From Candidatus Woesebacteria bacterium RIFCSPLOWO2_01_FULL_44_24b (GTDB lineage Bacteria; Patescibacteriota; Microgenomatia; UBA8517), in contig MGHM01000020.1 in the NCBI GenBank assembly GCA_001793235.1, positions 33,677 to 97,676 on the forward strand: 64,000 nt of DNA, read 5' to 3'. Below the pieces are notes generated by a model, which was not told the origin of the DNA, searched no databases, and saw only the letters and a program-made list of their open reading frames with translations. Positions 37,668-46,290 of this stretch are shown here, piece by piece. The position numbers and the translations under genes were made by a program. Position 1 is the stretch's first letter. Each line of letters begins with the position of its first letter.

Positions 37668-38944
37668 GTGAAATTCAAGGCGACACAATATTAATTGCCG
37701 GTTTTGGCCGGGAAGGCCAGAGTACACTTGCCTACTTGCGCGAACATTATCCAAGAGTTCAAGTCGCAGTAGCTGACAGAAACGCCGACGCAATAAAGTA
37801 TGTGCACCACCGGACTTTTTCCGGCGAGGGTTACCTTGACGAGATCGAAGAATTCGACACAGTCATCAAGTCACCCGGCATTCCCCCGGAGGAAATTTTC
37901 AAAAAAGCAAAGCATTTAACAACTCATACTAATATCTTTTTTGAAGCATGCCCGGGTAGAATCATCGGTGTTTCCGGAACCAAGGGTAAAAGCACTACAT
38001 CAACCCTAATCGCCCACGTTCTGACAGAAGGAATGAAGAAAAAAATAAGATGGAAAACTATCATGCCAGATATAAGGCTGATCGGAAACGTTGGAAAACC
38101 TGCTTTGGATTATCTCGAAAGCTCAAATGAAGACACAATTTTTGTAATGGAGCTTTCCAGCTATCAATTGATGGATGTTCGCTATTCCCCATATATTGCA
38201 GTTTTACTTCCAATATATGAAGAGCATCTTAATTACCACGGCAGCATGGAAAATTATGTTGCCGCTAAAGCAAACATAACAAAATACCAATCGAGCGATG
38301 ATTACTTTTTTTATTACGAAGGGAATGATTACTGTAAGTCTATTGCATCAAAAAGTCCGACTACGCAAGTTTCCTTCAGAAAATTTATCGGCGACACCCC
38401 ACTCCTGGGAGAAGCAAATCAAATTAATGCCGGTGCGGCAGTTGCCGTTGCCACTCATTTCGCGATTCCCGGCAAGAAGATACTGACTGCACTTGGCACT
38501 TTTAAATCCCTCCCCCACCGACTAGAAAACATTGGAACTTACAAAGATATAGAATTTATAAACGATTCTTTGGCTACTATCCCCGAAGCCACAATGCACG
38601 CCTTAGAAGCTCTTGGAGATAAGGTAGAAACACTTATAGCGGGAGGCTTTGACCGCGGAATAAACTTTTCAAAGCTTGGACCCGAAATTGCCACATCCGG
38701 TGTAAAAACATTGATATTATTCCCGGACACCGGTAAAAAAATTGCAGAAGCGCTGCCGAAAAAAAATACCATAAAAATATTTCACACGGACTCAATGAAA
38801 GAAGCAGTCAAGCTCGCATACAAGAATACTTCAGAAGGAAAAATTTGTCTTCTTTCACCCGCATCCACAAGTTTTAACCTATTCAAGGATTATGAAGAGC
38901 GCGGAAATGCTTTCCGTGCCTCGGTACAAGAACTAGGAAAGTGA
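37664..38944 (+). CDS. murD: UDP-N-acetylmuramoyl-L-alanine--D-glutamate ligase (MurD or a MurD2-type)
   Basis: Mur ligase motifs 'IGVSGTKGKSTTSTLIAHVL' and 'MELSSYQL', and the overall three-domain layout. Confidence 0.85.
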   Translation: MSEIQGDTILIAGFGREGQSTLAYLREHYPRVQVAVADRNADAIKYVHHRTFSGEGYLDEIEEFDTVIKSPGIPPEEIFKKAKHLTTHTNIFFEACPGRIIGVSGTKGKSTTSTLIAHVLTEGMKKKIRWKTIMPDIRLIGNVGKPALDYLESSNEDTIFVMELSSYQLMDVRYSPYIAVLLPIYEEHLNYHGSMENYVAAKANITKYQSSDDYFFYYEGNDYCKSIASKSPTTQVSFRKFIGDTPLLGEANQINAGAAVAVATHFAIPGKKILTALGTFKSLPHRLENIGTYKDIEFINDSLATIPEATMHALEALGDKVETLIAGGFDRGINFSKLGPEIATSGVKTLILFPDTGKKIAEALPKKNTIKIFHTDSMKEAVKLAYKNTSEGKICLLSPASTSFNLFKDYEERGNAFRASVQELGK

Positions 38945-39757
38945 TTTTGCCCAGTGAAGAGCGCCCCAAAGGCCACCGAAGTCGGCAATTTCAGCCATTC
39001 TAACTTGAGGCAACTCGTGGAAAATCGTGAGCATATTTTGCAAGTTCACTATCACACTTTGAAGGGGGATTTTTTTTGAAACCGCGCCACCCAAAACAAC
39101 CACTTCCGGCGACCAAAATAAAATTAAGTTGTTAAGACCATAGGCCACGAGGCGCGCTTCCTCTTCCCAAACGGCCGCATCATCAATTTCATGAGCAGCT
39201 TTGCCATGCCTTCGCATAAATTGTGAGCCAGCAACTAAATCCTCAAATACGCGTGCTTCGCCATCAAAAGTGTTGTCAAAGTCGATAATTTGTTTACCAA
39301 TTTCAAAGCCCAAAGCATTCGTATCAATTTTCTGGCTTACCACACGCACCCCGTTGACCCCAGTACTCACGGTCATATAGGCCACAATGTTAAAACCCCT
39401 TCCAGCCCCCTTTACAGCCTCCCCAAGACCAACCAAAGCCGTGTCGTTTTCTAAAAACACCTTGGCTCCGGTCAACTTTACAAGTTCCTCCCCCAAAGGC
39501 TTGTTGTTCCAATTGGGCAAATTGGGCGCCCTCGTAATCATGGTTTTTCCCTGATTTAAGGGCCCCGCAATACCACCTATTAGGGCACTCATCCCACTGA
39601 CCAAGCTTTTTGCTTTCTGAGTAAGAATGTTAACTCCCTCCCCGAAATCTTGAGGGGTCGGATAAATTTCAGTGTTTGCGATAGTCTCGCCATCAATGCT
39701 AACACCAATCCGCGTATGACTCGCCCCGATATCAAACAAAAAATATGGAGGTTTCAT
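38933..39757 (-). CDS. ROK-family sugar kinase (glucokinase-like)
   Basis: 'LFDIGASHTRIGV' (ATPase N-terminus), 'ENDTALVGLGE' and a conserved C-terminal 'GGAVS' region. Confidence 0.75.
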   Translation of the reverse strand: MKPPYFLFDIGASHTRIGVSIDGETIANTEIYPTPQDFGEGVNILTQKAKSLVSGMSALIGGIAGPLNQGKTMITRAPNLPNWNNKPLGEELVKLTGAKVFLENDTALVGLGEAVKGAGRGFNIVAYMTVSTGVNGVRVVSQKIDTNALGFEIGKQIIDFDNTFDGEARVFEDLVAGSQFMRRHGKAAHEIDDAAVWEEEARLVAYGLNNLILFWSPEVVVLGGAVSKKIPLQSVIVNLQNMLTIFHELPQVRMAEIADFGGLWGALHWAKSLS

Positions 39758-41709
39758 TTAAACTCCTTTAGCTTATCCAAATACATCTTAACAGTTGTTA
39801 CGTACTCCGCATGACTCCAGGTAAGGGGCGTGGCAGACAGCCCCAAGCCGGTATTTGGGTCCACTTGTTCAGGCAAAACCCCGGAAGTCCAAGCACGGGC
39901 GACAACCCACTCCAGAATTTCTTTAGCAGGTGCCAGATGCGCTTTTTCTCGGGCAGAGACAATATAATACTGGGCAAGCCAAAGCGACGTCACAATCCAC
40001 GGGTTACCTGGTGTTGATTTATCTGCTTGGCAATAAGTGTCCCCTTCAAACCTGGCAACTCCGCCGACACCACCTTTGCAAATAAGTTTAGCTCTAAATG
40101 TCTCAAGGGAACTTTTCATCATAGGATCATCCAGGGCAAGTACTCCAAACTTAAACATCGCATAAAAACTGCTGGCATCGACCGTTTCGTCATGGAGCTC
40201 ATGGCCCTCCTCAAAATCAACATATTTATAAAAATAATTACCCTGCTTGTTGTAAAGGTGTTTAATTATTGCGGCTTTGAGCTCCTCAGCGCCGCGCGCG
40301 TACCTTTCCTGATCTTTTTCCTTACCCAAGAGACCGGCAAACTTCGCCGCCGAGCTCAAGGCATCATAGACTGCGCCGGCCGTAAAGGTGTGAACTCCCC
40401 AAACACGCTCCCAGATATCATAAGTTGCACTTGGGAGCCCATTGGCGTTTCTGAAGCCAACCATAAACTCCGAGGCTTTCTTTATTAGGTTATTGTAAAT
40501 GTTTTCAATAAACTCAAGGTCGGAAGTGCCTTCATAATGCTTCCAAAGAGCGGAAATCACAAGCGCTGTTTCGTCCTCCTGAATCGGCAGCCTATGGTGC
40601 CCATCTGGAGTAATCCACCCATGCCACGAGCTCCCAAGAGATTTGTCCGGTCTATACTTGTGGAAAAAATAGCCATACTCAGTAATTGTAGCGTTACTAA
40701 ATTCAAAGAATTTTCTGGCGACTTCATGATACCCGGCCGCGTCCAGCGCAATTGCAGTTAAAGCCCCGTCACGATGCCAAATATAAGCATAGTTATCCTT
40801 GCCGTACTGAAGCATGTTGGAGTCTCCGGAGGCCAGTATCCCCCCGGTGTTATCTACATGGGTACGGATTATCAAAAGGGACTTTTGGAAAAGCTCGCGG
40901 ACTCCTTGTTCCAAGTCTCCAAAATCTTTCTCAGTTTTTCCAAGCCATGCGCGCCAAAAATCAATTGTCGACTCAGTAATATGCTCCGGGGACTTTTTAT
41001 CTACATAAAAATGAAGGTCCTTCACATCCGACAAGGTCTTGCCCATACATATCCAATAACTGACGGTGAACGTTTGCCCCGCATCGGCAGACTTTTCAAA
41101 CGCAACGGTCGAGTCACAGGTGCCGTGCTCGATGGCGTTCTTACTCAATATCCCGTCTTCCGCATCCTTCCAAGTCCCCTCGCGGCCTTCAATTCCAGAC
41201 AAGCCAACTGTATAGTCACTCATATAATTCCCGTCCACTCTCCCCCCGATGAGAGCCAGCCTGCGGCCTTTATAGTGCACAACTGTGTGGTCTTTGGGGT
41301 CATAATAAACAGTATCTTTGCCGTGCGTGCCGTACATTCTAAACTGGTGATTCAAAAAAAGCCTGATGTTTCGTTTGCTTTTAGCAAGATTTTTAATAGT
41401 AATGTTTCTTACCAAAATATTCTTCTCGTTATAAACAACGTCAAGGAAGGTTAATTTAAGGTTTAAATTTTGATTTATTGCCTCGATTTTACTGGCCAGG
41501 CTTTCGGGTTGATAGTCAATGGTAAGTTGCCACATAGGGTCATCGAGCCAAGAAAACATCCCCTCCACCCATATGCCAATTTTGCACTCAGCCTCTTCAG
41601 TCAGGTGATTCTCAAGCCCAACGTAGTCAAAATACAAATCTTTAATTTGGGCATGATTATCAAACCCAACAAGCATACTGCCATTGCCCAAGACTAGTGA
41701 TTTAGCCAT
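39754..41709 (-). CDS. Glycoside hydrolase family 15 (glucoamylase/glucodextranase-like)
   Basis: 651 aa; an (alpha/alpha)6 catalytic domain with GH15-like 'WxRDGA' ('IWHRDGALTA') and 'LWLAQYY' motifs, plus an N-terminal beta-sandwich domain. Confidence 0.8.
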   Translation of the reverse strand: MAKSLVLGNGSMLVGFDNHAQIKDLYFDYVGLENHLTEEAECKIGIWVEGMFSWLDDPMWQLTIDYQPESLASKIEAINQNLNLKLTFLDVVYNEKNILVRNITIKNLAKSKRNIRLFLNHQFRMYGTHGKDTVYYDPKDHTVVHYKGRRLALIGGRVDGNYMSDYTVGLSGIEGREGTWKDAEDGILSKNAIEHGTCDSTVAFEKSADAGQTFTVSYWICMGKTLSDVKDLHFYVDKKSPEHITESTIDFWRAWLGKTEKDFGDLEQGVRELFQKSLLIIRTHVDNTGGILASGDSNMLQYGKDNYAYIWHRDGALTAIALDAAGYHEVARKFFEFSNATITEYGYFFHKYRPDKSLGSSWHGWITPDGHHRLPIQEDETALVISALWKHYEGTSDLEFIENIYNNLIKKASEFMVGFRNANGLPSATYDIWERVWGVHTFTAGAVYDALSSAAKFAGLLGKEKDQERYARGAEELKAAIIKHLYNKQGNYFYKYVDFEEGHELHDETVDASSFYAMFKFGVLALDDPMMKSSLETFRAKLICKGGVGGVARFEGDTYCQADKSTPGNPWIVTSLWLAQYYIVSAREKAHLAPAKEILEWVVARAWTSGVLPEQVDPNTGLGLSATPLTWSHAEYVTTVKMYLDKLKEFK

Positions 41710-42904
41710 TTTTAGTCAGTCTAATTTCCATGTCCGCCAAGACGTTCATGTAGTAGCGGAATGCATCGTACGGTGAATCGTAGGGGTTAAAGTAAGCATG
41801 CACATCTCCATCGTTAAACCACTTAACACACATGTAGTAGAAGTGGTCCGATGTAGTGAGCCTCCGCCAATCTTCTTTTATTTTTCTGTTTTTGCTTTTT
41901 TGGACCCTGTCTTCAAGGGCATACAACTTTTTCATTGCGTCCTCCTGCATGGAGTTACTAAGCCATGCAGACAAATCCCGCTCCACGTCCGCCCAGGAAA
42001 CGTAATTTGGCGCATCAATTGCTCCCACCGGTTTATAGCGCTTCACCGCCTCGCTTGGAGTCACAAAATCATTGTCCGGGTGTTTCAAGAGCTCCCCTGG
42101 AAGGGCTCTGAGGAAATTAAATATCCCCGTGTCCTCCCACTGGTGCTCACCGAAAGTTTCATAATCCATAAAAAGGTTTATAACCTCGCCGTTACCGTTT
42201 ATAGCATTTGCCCAAGAAGCGAACTTTTCGGAAGTCAAAGGATATTCTTTCCAGGTTTTTTCCGAGAATCTGAAGGCGATATCATCACTTAACTTATAAT
42301 TTTTAAGCAAGATTTTAATTTTTTTTACTCCTACCGGTGAGTAAACAAAATTCGGGCTGCGCCAGCCCAGGATATGGTCTGCCCCCTCTGCGAGTATCCC
42401 TTTGTAGCCCATCTTCTCAACCTCTACAGCTAAATCATTATTGTAAATTAGCTCGGTGTTTCTAAATACTTCAGGTTTATTCACTCCGAATACTGCCTTA
42501 AGTTTTTTGGCATGAAGTTCAATCTGGCTTTTAAACTCATCTTTTGAATGAAGAAAAGAAAGCGAGTGATAATAAGTTTCGCTTAAAACCTCAACCCGGC
42601 CGGTGTCCACAAGGCGCTGAAAAGACTCCAGGGTTTCCGGAGAAAACCTTTCAAATTGCTCAATGGCAAGGCCCGAAAGCGAAAAGCTAACCTTAAATTC
42701 GGGATGCAATTTTATAAGCTCCAGTAGAAGTTTATTTGTGGGCAAATAACTTTTGCCGGCAACTTTATGAATAATTCTTTTGTTGTTTAAATTGCTCTCA
42801 CTGTCATCGTCAAAATACGCCGACTTTGTACCTATATCAAAATAGCGATATTTTTTAATTCTCAAGGGCTGATGAACCTGGAAGTAGAAACATATTGAAC
42901 TCAT
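41702..42904 (-). CDS. Glycoside hydrolase family 57 (alpha-amylase / 4-alpha-glucanotransferase family)
   Basis: N-terminal 'FYFQVHQPLR' and 'MDYETFGEHQWE' GH57 signature regions. Confidence 0.8.
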   Translation of the reverse strand: MSSICFYFQVHQPLRIKKYRYFDIGTKSAYFDDDSESNLNNKRIIHKVAGKSYLPTNKLLLELIKLHPEFKVSFSLSGLAIEQFERFSPETLESFQRLVDTGRVEVLSETYYHSLSFLHSKDEFKSQIELHAKKLKAVFGVNKPEVFRNTELIYNNDLAVEVEKMGYKGILAEGADHILGWRSPNFVYSPVGVKKIKILLKNYKLSDDIAFRFSEKTWKEYPLTSEKFASWANAINGNGEVINLFMDYETFGEHQWEDTGIFNFLRALPGELLKHPDNDFVTPSEAVKRYKPVGAIDAPNYVSWADVERDLSAWLSNSMQEDAMKKLYALEDRVQKSKNRKIKEDWRRLTTSDHFYYMCVKWFNDGDVHAYFNPYDSPYDAFRYYMNVLADMEIRLTKNG

Positions 42905-44097
42905 AGTAATGAATTATAAATTCCAATACACTTGTTGGCTGCTGCCTCCCAATTACAAACCGAGGCATCACGCGCGCCGTTTACTGCCAACTCATCGTGC
43001 AAGCTTTTATATTTAATAACCGAGAGAATTTTATCTGCCATATCCTCAACATCCCAGAAGTCCGTTTTTAAGGCGTTTTTCAAGACCTCCGAAACACCGG
43101 AGGTCTTTGAAATTAAAACCGGCGTGCCATGAAGTAAGGATTCCAATGGCACCATACCAAAGGGTTCCGCAACCGAGGGCATTACAAAAAGATCGGCAGA
43201 AGCATATGCGGCCGAGAGCTCACTTCCGCGCAAAAACCCAGGGAAAAGCACTTTGTTGGAAATCCCCAGCTCTGCCGCTTGCCTCATGATTTGCCCTTCC
43301 ATGTCGCCCGCGCCCGCTATTACAAATATAACTTTGGGGTCGTAGGTCAGAACTTTCTTGGCAGCGTAAAGTAGGTAATCTGCACCTTTCATAATCGTGA
43401 TTCGCCCTACAAACAGAACAATTTTATAACCCAGCTTCTTAAGCTCCTCGATGCCGCTCACTCCTCCGCTATACTTATTCACACTAATGCCATTGTGCAC
43501 TACTTCGATTTTACCCGGATCAATGCCGTACTCATTCACCAGAACCTGTTTTGTAAAGCCGCTTACCGAAACTACCTTGTCGGCCGCAAGCACCCCTTCC
43601 CGCTCGCGCTCAAAAATATAGCGATTTGGCTTTCCGGCTGTTCTATCCACCTCGGTAGCATGGACATGAGCAACAAAGGGTGTGTGTTTTGCGGCACTTG
43701 CTGCAATGCCCGCGCCAAAGCTCAGCCAATCATGGGCGTGCACCACATCAAAACTCTCACTTTCGGCTATGCGCTTGGCAAGGAGGGCGTAGCGCTTTAC
43801 TTCTTCAAAAAGGGTCGAGCAGTATTGACCGCCGGGCTCAACACCATTTGCGAGTAGCTTGTATTTTTCGGACGTAATATAGGGAACCAATAATGAGTTA
43901 ATTTCGGTGATACTCAGGTTCCCGATATTGGCAAAGCGAAACCGAAAAGGCTCGGCAAAATCCCCAAGACGCTTGGGAAGAACAAAGACAAGCTCGATAT
44001 TTTGAGCCACAAGAGCCTTGGCCAACCCTTGGCAGGCCACTCCTAAACCACCACTATTATAGGGAGGGTACTCCCATCCAAACATCAAGACTTTCAT
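42901..44097 (-). CDS. GT4/GT5 glycosyltransferase (glycogen / alpha-glucan synthase-like)
   Basis: 'MKVLMFGWEYPPYNSGGLGVACQGL' (GlgA-like N-terminus) and 'EPFGMVPLESLLHGTPVL' (E-x7-E region); clustered with GH57 and GH15. Confidence 0.75.
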   Translation of the reverse strand: MKVLMFGWEYPPYNSGGLGVACQGLAKALVAQNIELVFVLPKRLGDFAEPFRFRFANIGNLSITEINSLLVPYITSEKYKLLANGVEPGGQYCSTLFEEVKRYALLAKRIAESESFDVVHAHDWLSFGAGIAASAAKHTPFVAHVHATEVDRTAGKPNRYIFEREREGVLAADKVVSVSGFTKQVLVNEYGIDPGKIEVVHNGISVNKYSGGVSGIEELKKLGYKIVLFVGRITIMKGADYLLYAAKKVLTYDPKVIFVIAGAGDMEGQIMRQAAELGISNKVLFPGFLRGSELSAAYASADLFVMPSVAEPFGMVPLESLLHGTPVLISKTSGVSEVLKNALKTDFWDVEDMADKILSVIKYKSLHDELAVNGARDASVCNWEAAANKCIGIYNSLL

Positions 44098-44119
44098 ATA
44101 TTGTATTCACATCAAAAAA

Positions 44120-44653
44120 CTAGAGTAGAAATCCATAAAGAATTAATACTAGCCCCGCGGCAGCCCAATAAAAAACAGTTTTATCGCGAGTGAGTGTCAC
44201 ACTCACATTTCTCAACCAATGGGTAATGTTGCCCAAATCGCGAAAATCAAGATATTGGTCTATAAGTAAATGCAGTAAGAAGGCAAGCACAAGTCCCCTG
44301 CCAAATAAATTACTCGATGAGCTCAAAACAAAAAATGCAAAGACATAAAAAACAAGCTGAAACATTGCGGTGTGGAAGATAAGGCTGGTCCGCTCTGAGC
44401 GGGTGTTTGCTAGTAAGCTCATAGTCTCGAGAACCTTGCCCTGTGACAGCATCCGCGATGCCCGCTGGGAAGTTAATTCATGGGGGCGAAGAAAATAAAC
44501 ATAAATCAGGTGATCAACATCCGGCAAGATTGCGCCAATTGCTCCCCCTACCCAGAAGGCCAGGAAGTCAATTGCGAACCATCTTCGTGCAAGTGAAATC
44601 AGAAGGAAAAACAGTAAGAAGGAAACATAATAAATGAGCAGTTGTTTTTTCAT
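44120..44653 (-). CDS. Hypothetical integral membrane protein
   Basis: Four or five transmembrane segments; the start is taken at 'MKKQLLIYY'. Confidence 0.5.
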   Translation of the reverse strand: MKKQLLIYYVSFLLFFLLISLARRWFAIDFLAFWVGGAIGAILPDVDHLIYVYFLRPHELTSQRASRMLSQGKVLETMSLLANTRSERTSLIFHTAMFQLVFYVFAFFVLSSSSNLFGRGLVLAFLLHLLIDQYLDFRDLGNITHWLRNVSVTLTRDKTVFYWAAAGLVLILYGFLL

Positions 44654-44752
44654 GCTTGTACACACCCAGCCATTAACCCATATTAGCGCAAATAATTGGC
44701 AGTGACAATTATGAAGATTGAGTAATTTGCTTTGACGTTATAAAATGACCGC

Positions 44753-45049
44753 ATGCTAGAGCATGAAGGCGGGCCGCCGGAACATCAAAAGTTATTACCA
44801 TTGCGAGGCGCAATGCATCTGGTAGCGTCCACGGCATATGATACTTGGGTATGTGCTCAGGCAGTTTTCGCTCCAAAAGGAAAGTTGTTAAGGCCTGATG
44901 GATTTAATTATTATGAGGCCGAAATATTAGCTGAGGGTAAAGTTGTCAGGTATGGAGGGACGTTGGGCATTTTAGACAAAGGCAATCTTTTTCATATTGG
45001 CAATCACTTAACAGGAGACTTTGTCTTACCGGACAGGAAACCAAAATAG
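44753..45049 (+). CDS. Hypothetical small protein
   Basis: 98-aa ORF in an otherwise empty 400-nt gap; no motifs recognised. Confidence 0.3.
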   Translation: MLEHEGGPPEHQKLLPLRGAMHLVASTAYDTWVCAQAVFAPKGKLLRPDGFNYYEAEILAEGKVVRYGGTLGILDKGNLFHIGNHLTGDFVLPDRKPK

Positions 45050-45115
45050 GAATCGTTTTGCTCATTTCTTAGATTCATTCTTCAGTTGTTTCAATTTCCA
45101 CATAAGAGTTCTCGG

Positions 45116-45421
45116 CTATCGCCTGCGCTCCTCTTGTGTGTCCGCTTTCTGGGCTTTCAGCTGAGAAAGCTTCCACATAAATAGTTTTCCTTTGGAGCGG
45201 ACACCCGGGGCATCACTTACAAAACTGCGAGCAGCCTCTAGGAACCCTCTTGGAGTAGTCTTGGCAAGCTTTATATAAAGCGACTTGTTTTTTTCATCTC
45301 CAAGCTCAACCGCTAAGTCATAGCCATACTTTTGAAATTCACGGCTAATAAATTTATCTTTATCAAAATTTTTTAGCCCGGAGGGCCAAGCTTTGCTTAT
45401 AATGTCGCCAATTTTTTGCAT
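45116..45421 (-). CDS. Hypothetical basic protein
   Basis: 101-aa ORF whose 5' end overlaps the pth 3' end. Confidence 0.35.
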   Translation of the reverse strand: MQKIGDIISKAWPSGLKNFDKDKFISREFQKYGYDLAVELGDEKNKSLYIKLAKTTPRGFLEAARSFVSDAPGVRSKGKLFMWKLSQLKAQKADTQEERRR

Positions 45422-45912
45422 GTTTCATCCAAAACTTTATCTAATATCTCCTTTTCCTCAGATGTAAAATCTTGTAGCACATACTGCTCTCCTGGAGTTC
45501 GATTGTTTGAATCACGATTATCAACTCCAACCCGCACCCGCCAGAAGTCATCGGTTCCAAGAGCCTTCTCGATAGAATTTATACCCTTGTGAACCTTGGG
45601 GCCCTTGCCTTTTTGAATTTTATACTCGCCAAGTTTGATGTCTAAGTCATCGTGAACGATATATAAATCAGTAGAAAGTAGCATGTAGTATGTAGCAAGG
45701 GATTTCACAGACCCCCCGGAATTGTTCATCATAGTTAAAGGCTTTGAAAGAATTAGCTTATCTTTCTGTGCAATTTCCGAGTGGAGCTTTTTGGAAATTG
45801 AAAATTGTAAATTGTAAATTGCTGCCAGCTTGTCTAGCAAAATAAAGCCCACGTTATGCCTTGTGTTTTTATATTTATCACCAACATTACCAAGCCCGAC
45901 TACTACCTTCAT
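45397..45912 (-). CDS. pth: Peptidyl-tRNA hydrolase
   Basis: 'VVGLGNVGDKYKNTRHNVGF...MNNSGGSV...IVHDDLDIKLGEYKIQKGKGPKVHKGINSI' are Pth motifs. It contains an in-frame copy of the heptamer repeat at 45670-45705. Confidence 0.85.
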   Translation of the reverse strand: MKVVVGLGNVGDKYKNTRHNVGFILLDKLAAIYNLQFSISKKLHSEIAQKDKLILSKPLTMMNNSGGSVKSLATYYMLLSTDLYIVHDDLDIKLGEYKIQKGKGPKVHKGINSIEKALGTDDFWRVRVGVDNRDSNNRTPGEQYVLQDFTSEEKEILDKVLDETCKKLATL

Positions 45913-45930
45913 CAGCCAATTGTAGCATGA

Positions 45931-46290
45931 TTACTTCAGAAGCTTGTCGGTGTATTTACTAACGTAAGGCACTTTCCAGCGCTCTCCCTGCAAAGCTTTA
46001 TATATCAAAACAAGCCAGAGAATAAACCCAACCAAAGTAGTCAATGGTATAAACACGGCAAAGACCGCGGTTACCCCAAGTAGCCACTGAATTAATGCCA
46101 AGCCACCAAGAACTACTATTGACTGCATTGCATGGAAGCGAACATAGTCATTTTTTTCCAACAAAAGCATAACAATGCCCGTGATTGGCCCCACAACATA
46201 TGAAAGCGCAGCTGCCGTTTCTTTTTTAAGCCCTGTTCCAGTTTCTGCCATCAAAATCACCCCCTTATTAAGGATTCTACCATTATTCAT
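45931..46290 (-). CDS. Small membrane protein (DUF4870-like)
   Basis: Three transmembrane segments and 'RFHAMQSIVV'-type motif. Confidence 0.5.
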   Translation of the reverse strand: MNNGRILNKGVILMAETGTGLKKETAAALSYVVGPITGIVMLLLEKNDYVRFHAMQSIVVLGGLALIQWLLGVTAVFAVFIPLTTLVGFILWLVLIYKALQGERWKVPYVSKYTDKLLK

